In this document: positions 10,978 to 21,287 of the stretch, in pieces
How the letters are laid out: the number at the start of each line of letters is the position of its first letter
How positions within the stretch are numbered: position 1 is the first letter of the stretch
Origin: an uncultured Methanomassiliicoccales archaeon
GTDB lineage: Archaea > Thermoplasmatota > Thermoplasmata > Methanomassiliicoccales > UBA472
Assembly: GCA_963695345.1 (NCBI GenBank)
Contig: OY968769.1
Coordinates: 1,952,001-2,016,000, forward strand
Direction: 5' to 3'
Length of the DNA stretch: 64,000 nucleotides
Notes under the pieces: generated by a model
Told to the model about the DNA's origin: nothing
Databases searched by the model: none
Seen by the model: only the letters and a program-made list of their open reading frames with translations
Made by a program: the position numbers and the translations under genes

Positions 10978-11278
10978 CAATTTTGTCCTGATGAGCGTTA
11001 AAAAAAGAAGGCCCTATTTTCACTATTGATTCTCACGTATCGACGTTAATATACCATGGTGGCGATTATCCAAATGGGATATGGGAGCACTCGATACCAG
11101 TACATTCAAGAGCGGATGCCATAAGGATCGAATTCGACACCACCTCGCTCCCCTCCTCCTCTTTTTAAATTTCAGTTCTTGAGAACAAGGATCTCAACTC
11201 ATTGGAAGCACGAAGGTTCGTAGCGACGATAACGGCGAATTCGGCAATTATTAATATGGTTTAATCGTTCAAGGATTA

Positions 11279-11297
11279 GTTGGATGTATCATCCAAT
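11279..11297. promoter_or_regulatory. Palindromic operator candidate, copy 1 (btuF promoter)
   Basis: GTTGGATGTATCATCCAAT, about 23 bp downstream of TATTAATA (11249-11256); 18 bp identical to the copy upstream of cobT. Confidence 0.8.
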
Positions 11298-11336
11298 TGC
11301 GGCTGTAGGGGCTGCGAATAGGGGGAAAGGATATCT

Positions 11337-12416
11337 ATGGCAAGCAAGAAAGGGGCAATAATCGCTGTAATCGTCGTCATCGCATTGGTGGCCAGTGGAG
11401 CATTCGTCTTCATGGGGATGAACAAGGCCAAGACCAACGAGATAGGCGCAATCACGATCACTGACGCATTGAGCAACAACGTAACCTTGAACTCGACACC
11501 GCTAAGGGTGGTTTCCGCATCACCGAGCACCACTGAGCTGCTCTACGCGATGGGAGTCAACGGATCAATAGTAGGGGTCACCGACTATTGCGACTATCCG
11601 GTCAACGGAACCGGAAAGTCGCCCAAGGATATCTTCGAATCCATAGGCGGTTTCTATTCACCCAGCTATGAGGCCATTGCCGGACTCGATCCGGACATCG
11701 TGCTCTTGGACGCAGGGGTCAAGACGCACAAGGACATGATGACCCAGCTCGCTGCTGTCAATATCAAGTACGTCTCACTGTATCCGGGCAAGAACATCAC
11801 CGAGATCCAGAAGAACATCGTACTTCTCGGGAAGATATTCAGCAAGACGACCACCTCCTCGGCCATAATCAGTGACATGGACTCGAAATTCTCGGCGATC
11901 ACGACCGCGATCGGGAACGTGTCCGCCAAGCCCAGCGTCATGGTCATGGTCGGTTTCAGCCCTGACATCTGGGTCAACGGCGGCAAGACCTTCATCAACG
12001 ACATCATAGTCGCATCCGGCGGGGTCAACGTGTTCGCCAACTCGTCGAGCTATGCCACCATCACCAAGGAAGGCGTGGTGGAGGCCAACCCCGACATAAT
12101 AATCGTCACTTCGTCGATGATACCCGGACTGACACCGCAGCAGGTGCTGGACCAGCTGGCCGCTGACCCGATCCTGGGAGGCCTGGGCGCTGTCCAGAAC
12201 CACAAGGTGTACGTCCTTCAGGACGACGCGGAGGGCTGCTTCCTCCGCTCGGCGACCCGTGTGACCCAGGCTACCCAGGTCCTGGCGGACATACTGTATC
12301 CGACGGTATTCGGCGAGACCATCCCGAACATACTGGGGGACGGCTACAAGGACTACCTCCCGGACAGCTGGGGCACCGGCACGAGCGCGCGGACGACCAT
12401 GACGACGGTCGCGTGA
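11337..12416 (+). CDS. btuF: Corrinoid ABC transporter substrate-binding protein
   Basis: N-terminal membrane anchor; PLRVVSASPSTTELLYAMG, VGVTDYCDYP, FINDIIVASGGVNVF; heads the cobamide salvage operon. Confidence 0.85.
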   Translation: MASKKGAIIAVIVVIALVASGAFVFMGMNKAKTNEIGAITITDALSNNVTLNSTPLRVVSASPSTTELLYAMGVNGSIVGVTDYCDYPVNGTGKSPKDIFESIGGFYSPSYEAIAGLDPDIVLLDAGVKTHKDMMTQLAAVNIKYVSLYPGKNITEIQKNIVLLGKIFSKTTTSSAIISDMDSKFSAITTAIGNVSAKPSVMVMVGFSPDIWVNGGKTFINDIIVASGGVNVFANSSSYATITKEGVVEANPDIIIVTSSMIPGLTPQQVLDQLAADPILGGLGAVQNHKVYVLQDDAEGCFLRSATRVTQATQVLADILYPTVFGETIPNILGDGYKDYLPDSWGTGTSARTTMTTVA

Positions 12417-12420
12417 TCAT

Positions 12421-13465
12421 TTGAACGGTTCTGTGGTCGAGCGGGCCAAATCCAGACTGTTGCTCATAGTGATAGCTGGAAGCATCTCGCTCACCCTGCT
12501 TTTTTTCATCTCATTGAGCATCGGCGCATACCGTATGAGCTTCGAGACCTCCATATCATCCTTCTTCAACCTCGTCTCCAATTTCGGCAACCCTCTGAAC
12601 ATGGACGAGAACATCATCATGAACTCCCGCCTGCCCCGGACCGTCTCCGTCATCGCGGTGGGGATCGGACTTTCCGTCGCCGGAGCGGTCATGCAGGCCA
12701 TAATAAGGAACCCCCTGGTCGACCCTTACATCACCGGGGTATCATCGGGGGCAGCGCTCGGGGTGTCATTGGTCGTGCTGGGCGGGGTCTCGCTCGCCGG
12801 GGTCGGCATGTTCTCCATGCCCATAGCCGCCTTCATCGGAGCCATATGCGCCTTCGGCCTTACCATGGCGCTTGTGCGAGGCCGCGGGAGGCAAACCTAT
12901 CAGCTTCGTCCTGGCCGGTGTCATGATCGGACTGGGACTTTCCTCCTTCACGAACATTCTGGCCGTCCTCAATCCAGATGAGCACAAGAGCGTCCTGTTC
13001 TGGATGTTCGGCTCGTTCCAGTCGGTGACTCCGATGCAGACGCTCATCATACTCATCCCCACGATCACGATCGTCGTCATCATGCTGGTCTTCGCCCGGG
13101 AGATGAACGTCATCCTTCTCGGGGAGGAACAGGCGGGCCAGCTGGGGCTCAATGTCCGTTCGTTCAAATGGACAATGATGATACTGACATCCTGCGTCAC
13201 CGGGATATGTGTGGCCTTCACCGGCGTCATCGCTTTCCTGGGATTGATCGTCCCGCACTCCGCCCGGATGATCGTCGGCAGCGACCACCGTCTCCTCCTT
13301 CCGGCGTCGATCGTCATCGGGGCGAACGTGCTGCTGGCCGCGGACATCGTCGCTCGCTCGGTCATCATGCCCTCGGAGCTGCCCATCGGAGCCATAATAT
13401 CGTTGATAGGGGTCCCGTTCTTCGCGTACCTGCTGATCAGGAGGGGGAAAGAGTATGGAGCCTGA
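12421..13465 (+). CDS. btuC: Corrinoid ABC transporter permease (FecCD family), frameshift near 12870
   Basis: SRLPRT, GAVMQAIIRNPLVDPYITGVSSGA, LGEEQAGQLG, GVIAFLGLIVPH, ELPIG. Confidence 0.9.
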
Positions 13466-14252
13466 GGGTAAGACCATCACCGTCAAGATCAATGGAATAT
13501 CGTTCGGCTATAACGGGAAGAACACCCTGGAAGGGATCGACCTGGAATGCTCCAAAGGGGAGTTCGTCGGATTGATCGGCCCGAACGGCTCAGGGAAGAC
13601 CACATTGCTGCGGTGCATCAACGGCGTCCTGAAACCCAAGGTGGGAACGATCTTCGTCGAGGGGAAGAACATCGACAAGATGAAGATCAAGGAGATAGCC
13701 AGGGTCTGCGCCAACGTCCCGACGGACGCGGCCGAGGACCTGACGCTCACGGTCCACGAGTTCGTTTTCCTGGGTAGGTATCCGTACGTGAGCGGAATGT
13801 GGTGGGAGAGCAAGGACGACGAGGAGATCGTCGACAAGGCCATCTCCACGTTCAAGCTCGAGCACCTGGTGAAACGCCGGCTGAACGAGCTCAGCTCCGG
13901 CGAGCAGGCCCGGGTGCTTCTCGCGAAAGCCGTAGTGCAGCGTCCGCTGGTCATGCTTGTCGACGAACCGTCGGCGCATTTGGACCTGAGATACAAGCTG
14001 GAGGTCATGGAGGAGCTGCACGCCCTCTCCAGGACCGGGATAACTGTGATTTGCGCTTCCCACGACCTGAACCTGATGTCCAAGTTCTGCGACCGGGTGC
14101 TGATGATCGGCCAGGGCAAGATCGTTTCGTTCGGTCTGCCCTCGGAAGTGATGACCGAGCAGAACATCCGTGAGGTCTACGGGGTCGAGGTCCGGGTGTT
14201 CCGCGAGGACGACGAGATATACGCCATTCCAAAGAGGTCGATAAGGCAATGA
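13455..14252 (+). CDS. btuD: Corrinoid ABC transporter ATP-binding protein
   Basis: GPNGSGKTT, LSSGEQAR, LVDEPSAHLD, SHDLN. Confidence 0.92.
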   Translation: MEPEGKTITVKINGISFGYNGKNTLEGIDLECSKGEFVGLIGPNGSGKTTLLRCINGVLKPKVGTIFVEGKNIDKMKIKEIARVCANVPTDAAEDLTLTVHEFVFLGRYPYVSGMWWESKDDEEIVDKAISTFKLEHLVKRRLNELSSGEQARVLLAKAVVQRPLVMLVDEPSAHLDLRYKLEVMEELHALSRTGITVICASHDLNLMSKFCDRVLMIGQGKIVSFGLPSEVMTEQNIREVYGVEVRVFREDDEIYAIPKRSIRQ

Positions 14253-15385
14253 ACATCGAGGAACTGGTCCGCTCGGACCTCCTGAACATAAAACGGCCGA
14301 TACACGGCGGGCTGGGCTGGAAATACCAGGGCGTGGAGGACTTCAGCTCTAACCTGAACCCGCTGGGCCCGCCGCCGCAGGTGCGGGATTACATGCTGGA
14401 GGCGGCCGACAAACTGATCTACTATCCCGACGACAGCGGTTCGGAGCTCAAGGACGCCATCTCCCGGCGCTTCGGCGTCAACCGGGACAACATCATGCTC
14501 GGTGCCGGTTCGGCCGAGCTCATCCGGCTGTTCCCGGACGTCTTCTTCAACAAGGGGGACGGGGTCATCATGCCCCGGCCGACCTTCGCCGAGTACCAGT
14601 TCGCCCTGAAGATGCGGGGTGCCAGCATACACGATTTCCCGCTTTGCGAGATCGACGGGTTCCATTTCGACTTCGCCCGGCTGAACTACATGATCGAGTC
14701 CGGATCGAAGGCTGTCTACATCTGCAACCCGAACAACCCCACCGGCGTGGTGGAAAGCAGGAAGCGCATCGTCGAGATCATCGAGGAGTGCGAAAGGAAG
14801 AACACCATCGTCTTCCTGGACGAGACGCTCCTGGAGCTGGTGGACAACGCCCGCGACCTGACCTGCGTCTCGGAAGCGGAGAGCCATGACAACCTGTTCA
14901 TCATCCGTTCGTTCACCAAGTGCTTCGCCATCCCCGGACTGAGGGTCGGGTACGCCATCGGATCGAAGGACCTGATCCGGCACATGGACAACGCCCGCCT
15001 GGCGTGGAACCTGGGCCAGGTGGAGATGCATGTCGCCGCAAGGCTCTTGGACGATTGCTACGGTCACATCGAGACGGCCGCCCGGCTGATGGCCGAGGAG
15101 AAGCCCTATCTGCTCGATGCCATAAAAAGAACGGAAGTCGTCTCGGCCTCGAGGCCGGACGCGTTCTTCTTCTTCAACCGGGTCAACGGCGGCCTGGACT
15201 CGAAGCAGCTGAAGGAACTGCTCCTCCGTTTCAACGTCCTGGTCCGGGACTGCGGTTCGTTCGGAAGGCCGTTCGAGAAGTTCGCCCGCTTCGCCATCAA
15301 GACCCATGACCGCAACGTTCACCTGGTGGAGGCGTTCAAGCGGACCGCCGAGATCATGGAGAACCTGAAGACCAAGGGTGAATGA
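14249..15385 (+). CDS. cobD: L-threonine-O-3-phosphate decarboxylase (class I/II PLP aminotransferase fold)
   Basis: HGG, DFSSNLNPLG, CNPNNPTG, RSFTKCFAIPGLRVGY, LVRDC; located in the cob operon. Confidence 0.87.
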   Translation: MNIEELVRSDLLNIKRPIHGGLGWKYQGVEDFSSNLNPLGPPPQVRDYMLEAADKLIYYPDDSGSELKDAISRRFGVNRDNIMLGAGSAELIRLFPDVFFNKGDGVIMPRPTFAEYQFALKMRGASIHDFPLCEIDGFHFDFARLNYMIESGSKAVYICNPNNPTGVVESRKRIVEIIEECERKNTIVFLDETLLELVDNARDLTCVSEAESHDNLFIIRSFTKCFAIPGLRVGYAIGSKDLIRHMDNARLAWNLGQVEMHVAARLLDDCYGHIETAARLMAEEKPYLLDAIKRTEVVSASRPDAFFFFNRVNGGLDSKQLKELLLRFNVLVRDCGSFGRPFEKFARFAIKTHDRNVHLVEAFKRTAEIMENLKTKGE

Positions 15386-16392
15386 CATGCTGTCGGACCT
15401 GTACCTATACGGTCTACTCATACTCGTTCTGGCGGTGGTCATCGACCTGCTGCTGGGGGAGCCGCCCGAACGCCGCCCATCCGGTGGTCTGGATAGGCAA
15501 GGTCATCGGGTTCATGGACAGGCACACCAAGAGGACCGGCAGGAAAGGTTCCGAACGGGCGAGGGGTGTGCTGCTGGCCCTGGTGCCGCTGCTGCTGTTC
15601 CCATTCGTGTTCACGCTGCTGCTCTTCCTGCTGCGGGACCTGTTCGGCGCGCTGGTCTGGGCCATCGCCTGCGCGATCCTGCTCAAGACCATGTTCGCCA
15701 TCAACGCCATGGGGAAGCACACCCTGCCGATCCAGAAGGCGCTCGAGCGGGGGGACATGGAAGCGGCCCGCAAGAGCGCTTCAATGATCGTCTCCCGCGA
15801 CGTGAACAAGCTGGACCGGGAGCATATCATCTCGTGCGCGGCCGAGTCGGCGGCGGAGAACACGGTGGACAGCATTTTCTCGCCGTTGTTCTTCTTCGGG
15901 CTGGGCGGCATGCCGCTGATCATCTTCTACCGGGTCTCCAACACGCTGGACGCGATGGTCGGTTACATCGATCAACCGTATACCCACGTCGGCTGGTTCA
16001 GTGCCAAGCTGGACGACTGCACGAACTACATCTGCGCCCGCATTTCGTTGCCGTTCATCCTGCTGGCGCTGATGATCCTGGGCATGGACTGGAGGGGTGC
16101 CTGGAGGGACGCCAAGAAGTACCACAGGGCGACCCTGTCGCCGAACAAGGGCTGGTCCATGTCCGCGTTCGCCGGTGGACTGGGCATACGGTTCGAGAAG
16201 GTGGGGTGGTATGTCATGGGTGACGGACCACTGCCCACCGACCCGAAGGTCATCGGGAACACCGTCAAGGTGATGAAGGTCTCGGCGCTCCTTTTCATCG
16301 CACTGGTGGTGGTGCCGTTGTTCCTGTTCGTCGGGCTCAATGTCCAGATATATATCGAAAACCTATTCTCCGGTTTGTTCGGGTGGTTGTGA
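15378..16392 (+). CDS. cbiB: Adenosylcobinamide-phosphate synthase, frameshift near 15465
   Basis: GEP..HPVVWIG, IVSRD, ESAAENTVD, NTLDAMVGY, AKLDD, SPNKGW. Confidence 0.93.
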
Positions 16393-16394
16393 GC

Positions 16395-17529
16395 ATGGGC
16401 AAGGTGGATGTTACTACAAGATCGAAGAGGTGGGGGAGAACACGGTGCTGGTGGTCCGGCTGCCGCAGCGAGATGAAGGTCCTGAGCACGACCGTGCTGA
16501 ACGGCGGGTTCTCGGTATCGGACACCTCCTCTCCGTCCAGGTCCCCATCCACTATAATGGCACCGACCCGGAGTCGGAGGTAGTGGAGATCTGCGGGAAG
16601 CTGGGGCTCTGCGCCGAGTCGGTCGGTTTCATGACCGCCGTCGACCTGAAGAAGGTCATCACCATAGTCAGCGAGGAGTACAACGGCATCAACGCGACGG
16701 TGGTGGCTACATCCGGCGTGAAGAACGCCGTCTATGCCGGGGAGCTCATGACCGATGCGCTGGTGCGCGGACTGAACGGTCCCGGGACGATCAACATCAT
16801 CGTGGCCCTGGACAGGCCGCTGCACGAGACCGGCATGGCCAACTCCCTGATCACCATCACCGAGGCCAAGACCGCCGCCCTCATGGACACCAAGACCAAG
16901 GGGACCGGTACCACCAGCGACGCCATCGCCATCTGCTGCCCCGAAGGCGACGGGGAGAAGTATGCCGGAACCGCGACGGACGTCGGCATCTGCATGGCCC
17001 GGGCGGTGCGCAAGGCGGTGGCCGCCTCGACGCTCAAGTGGTATGCCACGTCCGGGACCGGTGGACTTCATCAAGCTGCTGGACGACCGGGGCATCACCA
17101 TGGAGGAGATGTGGACCGCGGCCAACAAGCTGGTGTTCCCCAACCCGGACTGGCCGGAGGGATTCCTGAAGGGCAGGTTCGATGGAACGCATGAACCTGC
17201 TGAGGCAGGACATCAACGTCAACGCCATGGTCAAAGGGGCGATTCTCCTGGAGGACGCGGGCAAGGCCCAGGACCTGTATGGCCTCGACAACGGAGTGTT
17301 CGATTCGGACCCGGTCCACCTGTTGGCCGATGAGCTCATGGGGATCGCGCTGGCCGAGTACATCACCGGCACCAAGGGCCTTTTCGAGTACGTTCGCTAC
17401 GACCGCAAGAAGCCCGGCATCCTGGCCGAGCTTGGCCCGTTCCTCGACGATATCGTCGGGGCGCTGATCGGGGCGGTCATGTCCAGGATATACTCAGATC
17501 TACTGGAGGCGGAAGGACGACTACAATAG
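16395..17529 (+). CDS. cbiS: Fused adenosylcobinamide amidohydrolase (CbiZ) / alpha-ribazole phosphatase (CobZ), CbiS-type, frameshifted
   Basis: CbiZ motifs GFMTAV, GTINII, TEAK, TGTTSDA, YAGTAT, followed by CobZ-like DINV, DPVHLLADE, YDRKKPGIL..LGPFLDD. Confidence 0.8.
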
Positions 17530-18320
17530 GCGCGGTCAAAGCGGCATTCTCGATGTTCACGATGATACCGCTGGATGTCGAGGGCGAGGAGGTCGTCGGG
17601 CTGTCGAAACGGTTCTACCTCATCGTGCTGGTGGGAGCATTCTACGGATTGATCGCCGGATCGCTGATGTGGGTCATGTCCCACGTCTTCACGACGCTTG
17701 ACGGCGGGAGTACTGGCATTGCTGGTGGTCCACGGGCTTAACCGTTTCCTGCACTTCGACGGGTTGAGCGACTTCGGCGACGGAATGATCTGCAGCGGTG
17801 ACCAGGAGAAGAAGATGAGGGCGGTCAAGGACTCGCACACCGGCGCCGGCGGCATAGGCTATTCCATCGTCTTCACCGCGCTGAGCATCGTCGCGCTTGG
17901 GCGAGCTGTCACCGCAGCTGGTCTTCTTCGGACCGTTCGTGGCCGAGCTGCTGAACAAGAACGCCATGGTCTTCGCCGCCTCGGCCGGTTCTTCAAGGGA
18001 AGGACTGGGCGGCATATTCGTCAAGAACGCGTCGGCCAAGACCGCCGCCATATCCGCCCTGATATCGCTGGCGTTCATCGTCCCGGTCAGTCTCGCCATC
18101 AACTGGTATTACGGACTGTCGATGTACTGGCTGCCTCCTAATGATGGTGGCGCCGCTGGTCATGAGCTGTCTGGTCGGAACGATCGCGGCCAGGATCGCG
18201 ATGAAAGGGTTCGGCTGCGTCAACGGGGATGTGCTCGGCGCCACCAACGAGTTCTCCCGGCCGTTCGTTCTGCTGACCGTCTCGGCGGTGGTCTGGTGCC
18301 TGGCCACGCTGCACTGGTGA
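17526..18320 (+). CDS. cobS: Cobamide (adenosylcobalamin-5'-phosphate) synthase, frameshifted
   Basis: FSMFTMIP, LHFDGLSDFGDG, KDSHTGAGG, GFGCVNGDVLGATNE; start codon uncertain (ATA). Confidence 0.9.
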
Positions 18321-18920
18321 CGGCCGGCGGCAAGGGCAGCCGCATCAGCGAGCTGGGGGTGGAAAAACCCTTGGTCCTGATCGCTGGCGTGCCCATGATC
18401 GACCGGTTACTGGACGAGCTGGCCAGATCATCGATGATCGACCGGATGTACGTATCGGTAAGTCCCTTGGCCCCGATGACCAGGGAGCATCTCAAAGGGA
18501 TGGATGTGATAGTGATCGATACACCTGGAAATGGATACGTGGCCGATCTGAACGGCTCGATGAACGCCATCGAGGAGGATGCGGTGCTGGTCTGTCCCTC
18601 GGACATGCCGCTGATCACCTCCGCCGGTGTTGACGAGCTCATCGCCACCTATGACGAAAGGGCTCAGCCCTCACTGACCGTGGCACTGCCGCCTACAGGT
18701 CATCGAGTCATTGGGATTGATCGTCACCTATATCGAGGAGATCGACGGCAGGCCGCTGACGTTCTGCGGAGTGAGCGTCGTCGACCGTCTGGAGATGCTG
18801 ACCGGTAACTTTTTGCCAGGCGGTTATTTCGTTACCGAAAAGGAGGAGTTCGCGGTGAACGTCAATACCGTCCACGACCTCCGCCTGGCAGAAAGGATTT
18901 TGGAGGAGAGACCTAAGTAG
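18296..18920 (+). CDS. cobY: Adenosylcobinamide-phosphate guanylyltransferase (archaeal), frameshift near 18700
   Basis: ALVTAGGKGSR, EKPL, TPGNGYVADL, SDMP, NVNT..DL. Confidence 0.88.
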
Positions 18921-18928
18921 TGGTGCGT

Positions 18929-20043
18929 CTAGTGTTTGGCTAGGGCCATGATCTTCTCGTAGTTCTTCTCGATCTCGGCGAACATGCTCTTGCAGGTGAT
19001 CGCCCCGCTGCTTTGGCAGAAAGCGGCGATGGATATCCCGCCGGCGCCTACCCCTTCCTTCACCAGGCCTTTCTCGTAGAACGTAAGCCCTTCGTGCTTC
19101 GTCGTTGTGAAGTCCAGGTTGGCCGCCAGTACCGGCACATGGCCGATCTGCTTCACGATCCCGACCAGGTCCGCGGACTGGTCCTTTATGATCCATCTGG
19201 TAGTCCCCAGCGCGACGTTTTCCAGCGCCTTGGGTTCCATCGCCTTGACGATGGCCAGGACGGCGGCCATCTGTGTTCCGCCCGGCCAGAATGACCGGGA
19301 CCTTCCGCGCCGCCCCGACGATAAGGCCGGCAGCCGCCGGCATCATCGGGTCGCCGACCGCCGCCATTGCCAGCATGGCGTCGTTCTTCATCTGCTCTAT
19401 GGTCGATCTTGATCTGGATATGCCTTCCTTGGCTATGCTGGACTTGAGGGAGTGAGGGTTCTCCGGCAGCGTCGAGCTGACCTTGCCGTCTGCGTTGTAG
19501 CCCAACGCCAGCAGCACTGCCAGGGCGGTCGTCGTTCCGCCTGCGATGCTCTCCCCGACCACCAGATAATCGGAGACCTTGGCCAGGTTCTCACCGGCGA
19601 TGATCGCGTTCTCGATAGACACGCTTTGGGTCCCGGACCGCCGCTCCGGTCTTGATGTCCTCACCGGGATGTCCTTCCAGTTCGAAATAGGGAGCATGGG
19701 GTCTGACCCTGACGCCGCCGTTGGCGGCGTAGAACGGCATTCCCGTCAACCCTATCGCGCTCATGGTGACCAGGGCCGGGGTCGGTATCCCGTTCGGTGT
19801 GACCGGAACGCCATCGATGCACTTGCATCTCCCATAGTAAAGCAGTTCGATGTCGGCGGCCGGGGTGAAATCGGTGATGGCCGGTACGGCACCGGCGGCC
19901 GAGATGCCCGGGATCTTCGCCGTTTCGGTGTTTCCGATGACGCAGATGAAGGTCGGTCTCTTGCCCCAGACCTTCTCCACGAACACCTTCGCCTTCTCCT
20001 CCTCATTGCAGATCAGGATGTCCTCAGGGACTTTGAAGCTCAT
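18929..20043 (-). CDS. cobT: Archaeal nicotinate-nucleotide:lower-ligand phosphoribosyltransferase, frameshifted
   Basis: TETAKIPGISAAG, TPAADIE, PTPALVT, GESIAGGTTTA, GDPM, GTTRW, VKEGVGAGG. Confidence 0.9.
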
Positions 20044-20064
20044 ATCTTGGCACCTCCGAATTGA

Positions 20065-20083
20065 GTTGGATGATACATCCAAC
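20065..20083. promoter_or_regulatory. Palindromic operator candidate, copy 2 (cobT promoter)
   Basis: Minus strand reads GTTGGATGTATCATCCAAC, 15 bp downstream of CGAAAAAG-CATTAAATA (BRE/TATA) and upstream of a GGAGGTG RBS. Confidence 0.8.
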
Positions 20084-20154
20084 GTATGGGGCCAAGACTA
20101 TTTAATGCTTTTTCGAGGCAGAAACGATGGCACGGTTGTGTGCGGACCGCTCGT

Positions 20155-21213
20155 CTAGATGAAAATCCTCGGTAGCAGGTCCCCGAGCTGGATACATTTC
20201 GATTCCTGTTCGCAGAACCTTTTTCCCTCGGCGGAAGTGTCGAGTCTATCGCAAATGGCGTACGGCACCTTCATCACGATATGTTCGCCGGTGACCGACG
20301 AGCAACCATGGTCAACGATGACGGCGATGCGGCAATTGGAGAACGATTTCGCGTTCCGCATGAGCTCCTTGTCCACCGCCTCGAGGAGCTCCACCTTCTC
20401 TCTCGGGGCTCGTTTGTGGGAGATGTCGTCCGTCTCCTCGACGTGCAGGAACACATCCCCGTCCTTGATCATCAAGGCCGCTTCCTTGATGCTCTGTTTG
20501 AACCCCGGTACCCGTTTCGACTTGATGCCTAGGAACGCCGCCACACCCAGAGCGGAAGGGCTCTTTGAGAGGATGGTCATCGACGGTATCTTCCTCCCAT
20601 TCATCCTGGCCTCCTCCGCGAGCTTGCCGAACCCGCCTCCCCATGGCAGCATCGTTATGCCGCCGGTGTGTTCCGCCACGGATTCCGCGAATGTCCCGAA
20701 CTCATAGAGGTCCTCGGGCATCACGTTGGCCGGGCCTGGTGGTTTGGGGAGGTCAAGTATCCGGCTGCTCTCCACCGTCATCACGGCCTTTCCGCCCTGG
20801 TAGAAAAGGATGCTCGGTTTCATCCCAGATATGTGCTTTTTGCTCTTCAGGACCGCCTTCTGCAATTGGATCTCATCCGCGACCGACACTTTGTAATACC
20901 ATTCCACACGGCCATCCACGATCTTGGCCGGCGTCATCCGGTAGGCGATCCGGGAAGCGTCCAGGGGAAGGCCCATCCCGAAAGCCTCGATGACCCCCCG
21001 GGGTACATCGAGAGGCTTGCCGGAGAACAATTGCAGAAGGAAGAAGTGGGTGTATTCCCGGGCGTCAGTGCATCCCAACTCGCCGCTCGACGCAATAGAA
21101 TTGATGAATTTCATGTTGGAAATCTGGAGCGGGGTCTTGTAGTCAAGCGCTGGGACCTTTTCGTCGGTCGCTCCATCGAGCATGATCACAAGCGTCCGCT
21201 TTGAGTTGGACAT
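20155..21213 (-). CDS. ApgM-like (cofactor-independent phosphoglycerate mutase / alkaline-phosphatase superfamily) metalloenzyme, divergent
   Basis: IMLDGATD...KTPLQ, LPWGGG, FLHVEETDDISH, K...LEAVD, VDHG.S...EH...VP metal-binding motifs; the usual nucleophile segment is atypical (EYTH). Confidence 0.75.
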   Translation of the reverse strand: MSNSKRTLVIMLDGATDEKVPALDYKTPLQISNMKFINSIASSGELGCTDAREYTHFFLLQLFSGKPLDVPRGVIEAFGMGLPLDASRIAYRMTPAKIVDGRVEWYYKVSVADEIQLQKAVLKSKKHISGMKPSILFYQGGKAVMTVESSRILDLPKPPGPANVMPEDLYEFGTFAESVAEHTGGITMLPWGGGFGKLAEEARMNGRKIPSMTILSKSPSALGVAAFLGIKSKRVPGFKQSIKEAALMIKDGDVFLHVEETDDISHKRAPREKVELLEAVDKELMRNAKSFSNCRIAVIVDHGCSSVTGEHIVMKVPYAICDRLDTSAEGKRFCEQESKCIQLGDLLPRIFI

Positions 21214-21222
21214 ATCATCCAT
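21205..21222. promoter_or_regulatory. Palindromic operator candidate, copy 3 (overlaps the start of the ApgM-like gene)
   Basis: Plus strand GTTGGACATATCATCCAT matches 15/18 to GTTGGATGTATCATCCAA; flanking TTGAGTTGGA is identical to copy 2. Confidence 0.65.
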
Positions 21223-21287
21223 TAACACAATTCATATCCTTAATCGTTTTGCAGGGCGGTTATCGTGAGATGAATGGGCCAGCATAT

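Noticed and set aside
11083-11152. tRNA or tRNA-Pyl-like element
   Set aside because: Only an acceptor-like stem and TTCGA; no paired D, anticodon or T arms and no CUA anticodon loop.
10978-11336. Cobalamin riboswitch upstream of btuF
   Set aside because: No B12-box or GGGAA...GCCCCCGC core, and the predicted leader is only about 60 nt.
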